From a virus, in the IMG/VR virus record IMGVR_UViG_3300017782_000002, positions 32,001 through 96,000 of that record: a stretch of 64,000 nt of DNA; one strand, written 5' to 3'. The notes beneath the pieces were generated by a model, which saw only the letters and a list, made by a program, of their open reading frames with translations, was not told where the DNA came from and made no database searches. Of this stretch, positions 57,901 through 64,000 are shown piece after piece. The translations under genes were made by a program, and so were the position numbers. Every line of letters begins with the position of its first letter. Position 1 is the first letter of the stretch.

Positions 57901-60900
57901 ACAATATAGCTGCAGCACTTATAGCTGCTGATCCTGAATTACAACTTCTAGAAGCTCAATTAAGATTAGCAAAAAGTAAAGCTAATAAAATAATAAAAGG
58001 TTTTGATGGGCATGATATAGAAGACATAGAAACATTTACAAGATGGGTGCAAGATAACCTGCCTGCAGAAATAAGAATTAATGTTGAAGACTTAACAACA
58101 AAACTTAAAGACGGTTATATTACTGTAGGTCAGTTCTATATGCAAATGAAAGATATTTCTAAGGGTATAATGGGACTTGAAGGAGTTATAACAGTAACTA
58201 AAAATTCACCATTTAAATATCATGAAGCATTTCATTCTGTATTTAGATTATTACTTACAGATGCAGAGATTAAAAAATATTTAGGAATTGCTAAAAAAGA
58301 AGTAAAAGCAAAACTTAAAACAGAAGGAACTACTTTAGATGCAGCTCTTGAAAACATGAGAAAGCAACATGTAATGTATGCTGAGATGTCTAAAAAAGCA
58401 TTAGAAGAAAGATACTATGAAGAGTATCTTGCTGATGAGTTTGAAAAATTCAAAATGGATCCAAAAAGTACAAAGACTGATTCTGAGAATAAATCAATGT
58501 TCCAAAAAATAATAGACTTTATAGTTGAGTTACTTACTGAGTATAGACCTAGACAACTTAATTCTTTATTTAGTGATATAGATTCAGGTAAATATAAGAA
58601 TGCTTCTATAAAAGAAAATAGGTTTACAGATTCTTATGAAGGAGATGTAGCTTTTAAACTTGAATTATATGATCCTAAGTTTATTGAAAGAAAATCAACA
58701 GACGGTGAATCTAAACTAAAGCAAGTAAAAAACTACATGCCTTCTGATCAACTGCATGAAATAGTTTCTGGTATTTCTAATTTATATACAGGTAGATTAG
58801 ATAAAGCAGAAGCACCTATTGATGCTAAAATACTTCTTGATGAAACTATTAATGATTGGATTGAAATGTATAATCCAGAAAGAGACTTTTATCATGATAG
58901 AGGTGTATGGTATGATGACAATGTAGATGAGCTTACTCTTTTATATGAATCTCTTTTAGATCAGATTGGTGATTTAAGAGAACTTGTTAAAAGAAATATA
59001 TCTGAGTTTGCTGGAATAAATATTGAAGATGCTGATTATACAGAAGTTAATGAAAAAGAAACAGGAGATTATGATAAGTCTGCTGATATGTTTGGTGGTT
59101 ACTCAGGATTACCTAAACGTTTAAGACATTTAATATCACAAACTACTTTAGAAGAAGAAGATAGATACGGTAATAAATATGTAAATACTGAAACAAAAGA
59201 ACCACTTATTGTAGGAGTTAATCCAGAGTACGTGTACAATGGACTATTAAAGGTTCTTGCTAATACGCCTAATGACCTTAAGATGTTTCAGAAAGCTTGG
59301 TCATTTTCACAAAACAATCACCATACTAAAGAGGTTATAAAAAACTTATTTAGAGAAATAGGCATATTAGAATTTGCACAAAGCGGTGAAATGTTTAAAG
59401 AAGATGCTGAAATACCATCACAAGTAAATAACTCAGCATTATATCTTTCATTTATAAAAGGATTTAGAAAATATAGAGTTGACAATATATTTGCACATAC
59501 TGATACAGATACTGGTGTTACACATTTATATGCAGCAAATAAAAAAGATGATGCTCATGTTACTGTTCAACAATGGGCTGCAGACTTTAACAGACAATAT
59601 CCTAAATTAAAGCTAGAAAACTCATTAGAAAGAGAAGAAGCAAAAGATGCCTTAAGTGAATTAACTTCAATGTTAAAGCTTACATCAATACCTGAGACTT
59701 ATAATTTAGCAGTAGAAGTACAAGCTGTAGCAGAAATATTAAAAAATGTTGCTGGTATGAACATACACCAAAATTATATATTATACAGTATATATGATGG
59801 TCTAACTACTTTAACAGAAGATCAACAGGTTTTATATGATGCATACTCTTTTGTTGATCCTATGCAAGTTGAAGAAATATCATACATTAGACAATCTTTA
59901 GTTTCTGGTGAAAATTTATATTTAGATAACCAAACTGTATATGAATCTGAAGAAGCAGACGCAAAACCAGAATTTGCAAAAGGTGGTGTAAAAGGAAGAC
60001 TTAGAAAACTAGCATTAAATAATTCACAATTTGATGAAGCAGTTGGTGCCTCAACGTTTATAGATTCAGAAGGAAACAGAAGATATGCTCACCAAGATCC
60101 AACACTACACTTAGAAAAAATTGCTGAGATGGAAGGTGCAGAATATATAAACGACAAATTAACAGAAGATGTGTTTTTTGAAAAGAACATGTTATTAAAA
60201 GATCCTAAGTTTCAAGCAATGGTTGCTGCAGGTCAAGTTAGAGCTTTACGTATTGTTGGAAGCAAAGAGGGTGCTTTAAGATTAACTGAGTCAGGATTGT
60301 CATCAGAGCGTGGAAGAATGGTTGGAGATACAGGTGTAAGTTATGGTAAATCAAAACCAAGAGAATTTGCATTAGACATGATACATGCTTACCTTTTTAA
60401 CTATAACAGACAATCTCCAGGCAAGACACAAATTGGTACAGATGATAAAGGTTTAGAATTTGCAATAGCTCCTACAAACATAAGAGTTATAGAAGCAAGT
60501 AATACTGGAGATTTTGTAGCAGTACCTGTACATAAGATGCTAAACAAAAGTAAACAAGGTATAGAGATTAATGATAACGCTCTAAACATGTTTATAAATG
60601 AATTAAAAATTGAATTTGATAGAGCAAGAAAGTTTCACATTGATGAGCAAGAAGGTGTAGAAAATCTAATAGATAAAAAAGAAAGATTAGGTAAGTTACA
60701 TACTACTTATACCCTGTTGTCTAAATTAGTTACAGAAAACCGTAATATTAAAACAGAACTTCCTGGTATAGGTAAAGACCAAAGAGCTGCAATCACAGAC
60801 GGAAAACAAAACATATATTTATCTACAGTTGCAAAAGCAGTAACCTCTAATTTATCTCAAGACCAAGAAGGTGTAGTTGATATAGATGGTGAAATGTTTG

Positions 60901-63900
60901 TAATGAAACATAAAGGTAAATTAAATTTTAATGAGCTTTCAGATGAAGAACAAACAAACTTAATAGATAACTACCGCCCTAGCATTACAGCTATAAAAGA
61001 TACAAAAGGAGCAAAACAATATAAAGTAACAATAGACGGAATTGATAATTATACATATAGTTCTGATACACAAAGATTCTTTAAAGGTTATAAGGACATG
61101 GTTATCTTTGAATTTGAAAGACTTGAAGATTCTGAAACAGTTGAAACTAAACTTGTTGAGTCAGAAGAGACAGGTGAAATAATTGCTGATGCTGTACAAA
61201 AAGATTTAACTGCTGTACAAAGAGTAGAGCAAGTAGCTGAATTTGGTATAGAAGGTGTAGAAGAAAAAGATTTATTTGATACTGTATTTGCAGAAATAGG
61301 AGGTAGAGAAATTGTAAAAGACAGATTAATGGATGAAGTAAATGAGTTTATCCTTACTCTAAAAGAAATAAAAGCATACCAAAAAGTATCTAAGGAAATA
61401 AGAGAAGGTCTTGGTGTATATAAAACAATAAGAAAAGGTACAGACACTGCATACGATAGTTCAGATAATGAATACTATATGGATCTATACAACCTTAGAC
61501 CAGGTGATCCTGATTTTAACCTTGCACAAATATATCTTAATAACTATATAAACACAAAGTCTTTTAATCAACTTATATTAGGAGATCAAGCATTATCTCT
61601 CAAAGATTTTATTGATGCAGTAAAAAGAGCTAAGATGCAAAACGGTGCTGGACCGTCAGCAGCAACAGAAATCTATGATGAAGATCTTGGTGTTATGCAT
61701 AAGGTAGACCGTATGAGTGCGGTTGTTCATGAAGATTTTGAGTATGAACAAATGTTTAATGAAATATATAAGTCTGATAAAGATAGAGCTAGAGCAAAGG
61801 GAGACTTAGCTGATGGTCAGATATACATAACTGAAAAAACATTAAGATATATGTTATTTGGTTTTGGTAAATTAAACAAGGCACAGTCACAAGTTTTAGA
61901 TGACATTAAAGAAGGTAACATAGCAAAAATAAATGAAGAGTTTTTTGGTACTGGTAATAAACTAAGCCATAAAAAATTAGATATGATTGCTAACTCTTTA
62001 AAGATTGTTTACGGAGATGGTAAAACTTTCTTAAAAATGTCTGCTACACTGTTATCTAAAAATGCATATTCTGTACAGGACGTAGATGGTAATTGGGTTG
62101 CGAGAGAAGGAAGAGAAGATTTACACAACTTAAGAGTTAAATTAGAACAATTTGAAGAAAAAGAATGGGCAGAAGGTAGAGGTACTCTTAGTATGTCAGT
62201 ACCTAAATCTGCTTCTAAGATGTTTAATGAAAACATTGTACCTGACAAAATTGATATAATAAACCAAACTCCTATTGATCCTAAATATACAATGGATTTA
62301 TCTGCAGAATACATGAGACTGCAAATGATTAATCCTTCTAATAAAATAGAAATTGTAGATGCTAGACAAATTAAAAATCTTATTACAAGTGAACAAAGTT
62401 TAGATGAGACTGTTATACTTAACGGTCAGGAAGTTTCTGTTAGAGATTTAGTTATTAAATATCACAAATTAGCAGGTGATAAACTTATGAATGAGTTTTT
62501 TGCACAAAGAAATTTAACCTTTACTTGGTCTAATGCAATAAGAACATTAGATAAAGTAAAAGAGAATAATAAATTTATACCAGAAAATTCAAAAATAGAC
62601 GGTGACTTAAGAGCATTTGTTAAATATGCAATAGCAGGTTTAGAAGCTTCACAAGCTAAAACACAAATGTTATCATATTTTGAAGTAGATGAGTTTGGTA
62701 ATCCAAAGTATAATTTAAATGGACCAATGACTCATGATAAATTTGAAGAACTATTCTTAGCATATTTTTCTAAAGGAATTTTAGCAGGAAAACAACCAGG
62801 TATATCTGCAGCTTTAGTATCAGACTTTGGTGTATACACAGTAAAGCAAGTAGAAAAAATAGATGAATTTGGTACACCAATAAAATGGAAAGTTATTAGA
62901 AGTAACGATTGGGAAAATCTTAAAAGACAAAATCCAAACAAGTACAAAGCTGTAAAACAAAGAGAAAACTTAGGAGAACACGTATTAAAAGTTGGTGACT
63001 TTTATCTTGATAGATTAAGAAGTAACGTTCAAGAATATAATGATAAAGGTGAGTTAACAGGATTAACTTATACTGAATTTATGATGCCTCCTCATTTTAA
63101 ATCACAGTTAGATAATAATATAGCTTGGAATAAACCATTGCCAGATTCTATTGCTAAGATGTTTGGTATAAGAATTCCTTCACAAGATAAACACTCTGCA
63201 GTTAATTTAAAAATGGTAGATTATCTTCCTGTATTTATGGGATCATCTGCAATGTATGCAAGAGAACTTATAGAATTATCTGGAGCTGACTTTGATATTG
63301 ACAAACTTTACATGCAAATGAAAGAGTTTTATTATAACGGTAAAGACTTTGTTGAGTATGGTAAAGCTAAAGATGACAAAAGTGGTTATAAAGAATATGT
63401 AAGATGGGTATTAGAAAACGCTACTAAAAGCTCAGCTATTAGACAAGCCTTAACAAGATGGAATGATTCTCAAAAAACAACACAACCTCTTGGAATAAGC
63501 GCTGAACAATATCTTACATTAACACCAGAAGAGCAACTTGCAGCAAGAAAAGAAATAACAAAATCTTCTAATAAAATTGTTATGGATATGCTAGATGCTG
63601 TTATGCACAGTAATGTAGCTCTTGATTCTGTTATGATTAACAAAATGTTTGACAGAGCAGAAGGTTTACCTGAAGCATTAGAGTCTATTGGTTTACCAGT
63701 TACTCTTGCTGACTATAAAGCATTTAAAGAAGCTAACAACAGAGAACCTTATACAGCTGCAATTAATAACGAGTTGTTAGATGTTAAGTTTGCTTTGTTA
63801 GGTAACAAAGGTATTACACAACCAAAAGAAGGAAGACATATTGGTTTATATTTTGAGCCTGCTGTTACTACACCTTTGTCTGACACAGAAAAACAAGGTG

Positions 63901-64000
63901 GTTTAGAATGGTTAAGAGAAACAATAGGAGATGTTCTTAAAGTCACTGGAGAAAATCAGCTAGATGTTGATAGTTTACTGGGACAAATAGAAGCATGGAC
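51915..64000 (+). CDS. Giant virion polyprotein: ejection-like N-terminus, zincin motif and crAss-like virion RNA polymerase (partial, >4028 aa, runs off the window)
   Basis: ATG at 51915. Manually translated motifs all lie in this frame: EGFQELTQEG (53394), HEAFH (58221-58235), EEYLADEF (58419), VKRAKMQNGAG (61620), DGQ (61812), GIRIPSQD, and SGADFDIDKLY (DFDID at 63288-63302, the phi14:2 gp66-type catalytic motif). I did not check every codon; its absence from the ORF track is consistent with no in-frame stop before 64000. Confidence 0.93.
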   Translation, partial: MAEENQNLNQPMPNDVMTGTPDVSIGTNNWEDIKDSLVTGSEPVDSYEIEGLENAVKLHNMVSKFPVIQSTVADEPTAESARDEILGGVVNQVMGNIARTGSPNEVQPVRFGLKSSNFDRYYNHPKFNELGFHPYADNELKYNETSSWWDENKRARGQFLNVFSTGFLSTYKSLGDLMAGNYLSGDQESAENFADAMRIGNSTQEGAGAFFNNLLVNSGYTFGIMANIAVEELALAGLELATFGGATPLVASRTAYNAVRGGKAIDKMFDVGDYSNKSRKMLNQMKSLDWTKDFWQRGGKWASNALTPNTYKALKNINSVQNGATLLSNSAKVAKTSGALYRDFRAVNLAMAESKLEAGMVTNDLIDELYLEFVNKHGRAPVGDELMKIVNKGDEASFVTTMLNAPVIYFSNAIVFDTMLRGFRGTGSLLAAAQKGIGSRVLKSSAKQMGKNGSKAFYDGGKTAYRRFINKGLSGNLKTFAGAALNYGQANIVEGFQELTQEGIAVGAKDYYRNLYKDPMAAGLDAIAASTYAGAKSQMSGQGFEVFMSGFLMGGLVRGPQKLVFEKGPEWYQKKTDPEGYAEYQKAKEDYIKETVDVLNEVYENPEEYFHPDKINALTQKEVNESLFSSTFAEDALSFMDKKDSGVFKHLYTVVAAGKMHEFKGQMKDYLQLDEKGLAEAFPHATSEEIKSGKTRERIETMLDRMDNIEKNYSELNDKIINPFNPKKHKKGTKEHFEEAIKAQAFNHAKMLAMFTRNSFERALERSNEIYTELSNNPVLAKMDANDISVLADTAQLIQEIRILKLDIKNTTTPIEGEGKITLSGEQKTLLEKKKKKLELLQNYFGTLSDPENIEKYEAPVGKAEESEQDAEFNRLSNIITGDAIKKVREDVLSTKVITDEVSERLVKYQAGTANPFGVFDINNQDKLEEVVMPYLNEIAGTTKDNFIKYDDVKDTIIKLIDHKALKGRAEDYNRIVKTILNPENLENVSEKIAIVFKELFLENKRDVKERMKAHVAQEEKISFLKNLAEYGIYPDAEQAETFLKGGEAPFEYLTEEGVLTPDSNLELSEKKDEILGHYLNLSGNKMQGDKKKEKKEEEKSEESDPYNFENTHFEESEDAEEISEGSLGKYLGNRYGDAYLVKKHKEYLISREGKKGKTLTDHAEWLADPVSLKARKVESGINKIHDNIFVEEKLVGTSDKTFYGWLATMQGDQRVLDILRSVDISMSDILEEVEDRSETKQKVAPSKVEYKVVEQTYTDKDTGERFKTFNVEDDKGNVVNKKPFNSKKEASSEKRTIEKNKKTKKAESAAFTFAGVEYKKGDILVDQNGDKYMVFSTPKMVEDNDNIYIKKLDKISSKLKKDKMFLDETSFKEMNLETVSEESLDYRNRASKIKPHEPLTIFPIYNRDIVNRDDQIEEGVTRLQNTLRNLTPEQSKKITFRVSPGPNWFRAETEEAKQNFKEAVDAVENELIKRHGQKWQVEIQLNGETIGFFQGPTTLKLVNRKGQNINPMEITESQVQDIFKVYKNQKIEDVTKQVRDNYVQAYGIYDKIDKLMEGVEGAEVFSQKDLSVNVNITDGAMSISEPGEGVSFKDLDHNSLAFVNKEDLIDPNEKPYYILDYNRQYKEDGSLPTSKVEFNVITNVKINTPSRQRLKEETRKYENKFSPRKRFGKYIALVNLPNGRSAYVNLIPSAMTEQQVTGLFTEMQNKSIDTTENNIENGEVKAVGYNRAYNKDLQTKVFIGATPGVYLEMKLSQDGSFRIDYSDLTIKKGAPLQKGTFLIKAKAFQELNDIQEVLDSLNKELFGSESPVEGKAHITFESFRNAVPKNPTIADIQNMSTQLNKEVKKDINFSLSSTDNIHVTKRKLAKSAPKEIAKDAESMTTEEKMESYRSDHQNIDPKILEDIAKKQNANKELTDLEQAIVAQNLDVLAGLRLKFATKPVSQSNTVSEATNQNAVSEIRDLTEKIKTRKRQIRTENRENPENAEKSNRDINNIAAALIAADPELQLLEAQLRLAKSKANKIIKGFDGHDIEDIETFTRWVQDNLPAEIRINVEDLTTKLKDGYITVGQFYMQMKDISKGIMGLEGVITVTKNSPFKYHEAFHSVFRLLLTDAEIKKYLGIAKKEVKAKLKTEGTTLDAALENMRKQHVMYAEMSKKALEERYYEEYLADEFEKFKMDPKSTKTDSENKSMFQKIIDFIVELLTEYRPRQLNSLFSDIDSGKYKNASIKENRFTDSYEGDVAFKLELYDPKFIERKSTDGESKLKQVKNYMPSDQLHEIVSGISNLYTGRLDKAEAPIDAKILLDETINDWIEMYNPERDFYHDRGVWYDDNVDELTLLYESLLDQIGDLRELVKRNISEFAGINIEDADYTEVNEKETGDYDKSADMFGGYSGLPKRLRHLISQTTLEEEDRYGNKYVNTETKEPLIVGVNPEYVYNGLLKVLANTPNDLKMFQKAWSFSQNNHHTKEVIKNLFREIGILEFAQSGEMFKEDAEIPSQVNNSALYLSFIKGFRKYRVDNIFAHTDTDTGVTHLYAANKKDDAHVTVQQWAADFNRQYPKLKLENSLEREEAKDALSELTSMLKLTSIPETYNLAVEVQAVAEILKNVAGMNIHQNYILYSIYDGLTTLTEDQQVLYDAYSFVDPMQVEEISYIRQSLVSGENLYLDNQTVYESEEADAKPEFAKGGVKGRLRKLALNNSQFDEAVGASTFIDSEGNRRYAHQDPTLHLEKIAEMEGAEYINDKLTEDVFFEKNMLLKDPKFQAMVAAGQVRALRIVGSKEGALRLTESGLSSERGRMVGDTGVSYGKSKPREFALDMIHAYLFNYNRQSPGKTQIGTDDKGLEFAIAPTNIRVIEASNTGDFVAVPVHKMLNKSKQGIEINDNALNMFINELKIEFDRARKFHIDEQEGVENLIDKKERLGKLHTTYTLLSKLVTENRNIKTELPGIGKDQRAAITDGKQNIYLSTVAKAVTSNLSQDQEGVVDIDGEMFVMKHKGKLNFNELSDEEQTNLIDNYRPSITAIKDTKGAKQYKVTIDGIDNYTYSSDTQRFFKGYKDMVIFEFERLEDSETVETKLVESEETGEIIADAVQKDLTAVQRVEQVAEFGIEGVEEKDLFDTVFAEIGGREIVKDRLMDEVNEFILTLKEIKAYQKVSKEIREGLGVYKTIRKGTDTAYDSSDNEYYMDLYNLRPGDPDFNLAQIYLNNYINTKSFNQLILGDQALSLKDFIDAVKRAKMQNGAGPSAATEIYDEDLGVMHKVDRMSAVVHEDFEYEQMFNEIYKSDKDRARAKGDLADGQIYITEKTLRYMLFGFGKLNKAQSQVLDDIKEGNIAKINEEFFGTGNKLSHKKLDMIANSLKIVYGDGKTFLKMSATLLSKNAYSVQDVDGNWVAREGREDLHNLRVKLEQFEEKEWAEGRGTLSMSVPKSASKMFNENIVPDKIDIINQTPIDPKYTMDLSAEYMRLQMINPSNKIEIVDARQIKNLITSEQSLDETVILNGQEVSVRDLVIKYHKLAGDKLMNEFFAQRNLTFTWSNAIRTLDKVKENNKFIPENSKIDGDLRAFVKYAIAGLEASQAKTQMLSYFEVDEFGNPKYNLNGPMTHDKFEELFLAYFSKGILAGKQPGISAALVSDFGVYTVKQVEKIDEFGTPIKWKVIRSNDWENLKRQNPNKYKAVKQRENLGEHVLKVGDFYLDRLRSNVQEYNDKGELTGLTYTEFMMPPHFKSQLDNNIAWNKPLPDSIAKMFGIRIPSQDKHSAVNLKMVDYLPVFMGSSAMYARELIELSGADFDIDKLYMQMKEFYYNGKDFVEYGKAKDDKSGYKEYVRWVLENATKSSAIRQALTRWNDSQKTTQPLGISAEQYLTLTPEEQLAARKEITKSSNKIVMDMLDAVMHSNVALDSVMINKMFDRAEGLPEALESIGLPVTLADYKAFKEANNREPYTAAINNELLDVKFALLGNKGITQPKEGRHIGLYFEPAVTTPLSDTEKQGGLEWLRETIGDVLKVTGENQLDVDSLLGQIEAW

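Noticed and set aside
1032-63946. The antisense and alternate-frame ORFs in the track (e.g. 1032..1331, 7578..7904, 16752..17054, 25755..26099, 52733..53278, 61088..61447)
   Set aside because: They overlap well-supported genes, have the Ser/Leu/Phe/Ile-rich composition of shadow frames, and lack leaders or motifs.
1-64000. Stop-codon reassignment (TAG or TGA), known in some crAss-like phages
   Set aside because: All conserved genes are intact under the standard code. TAG acts as a real stop at 4059, 17241, 20250, 25091 and 30202, with the next gene, promoter or operon boundary following closely.
1-64000. CRISPR array, tRNA genes, rRNA, IS/transposase, integrase, DGR
   Set aside because: By eye I saw no repeat-spacer array, cloverleaf with T-loop/CCA, transposase, integrase or reverse-transcriptase motifs, or template/variable repeat pair. 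tRNAscan and similar tools were not run.

Overview
The window is about 64 kb of a large AT-rich tailed-phage genome of the crAss-like (Crassvirales-type) lineage. The host is most likely a Bacteroidota/Flavobacteria species: there are TAnnTTTG-type promoters and A-rich leaders without Shine-Dalgarno sequences. A phoH gene fits an aquatic setting but does not prove one. Bases 1-1570 hold two small minus-strand genes, separated by hairpin-rich non-coding blocks and a G/C-run-rich strand-switch region. Everything from 1574 on is plus strand: a cargo-like protein, UVR-motif protein, PhoH, wHTH, HU/IHF-like, Zn-finger and PD-(D/E)XK nuclease genes, then terminase, portal, scaffold, major capsid, ring and auxiliary proteins, Cys-rich fibre/adhesin genes, a metallophosphoesterase, a second IHF-like gene, ring proteins, a 2516-aa muzzle and four cargo proteins. 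The last gene is an ORF missing from the supplied track (51915 to beyond the window end, >4028 aa). It fuses an ejection-protein-like N-terminus, a HEAFH zincin motif and the DFDID virion RNA polymerase. The most novel-looking signal is a short linear motif family (core [YFM]xxGG, GGxLPK[FY], G[GKA]E). It occurs about 25 times in five otherwise unrelated predicted virion-cargo proteins and sits at the borders of enzyme-like modules (GNAT, LysM plus lytic transglycosylase, an E-L-Q-S-D polyvalent-type domain, PT-TG). This suggests a tagged, possibly proteolytically processed, swappable payload system. Three small ORFs missing from the track, a possible leader pseudoknot and several structured intergenic elements were also found. 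All family assignments are by visual motif recognition and synteny; no database search was run.
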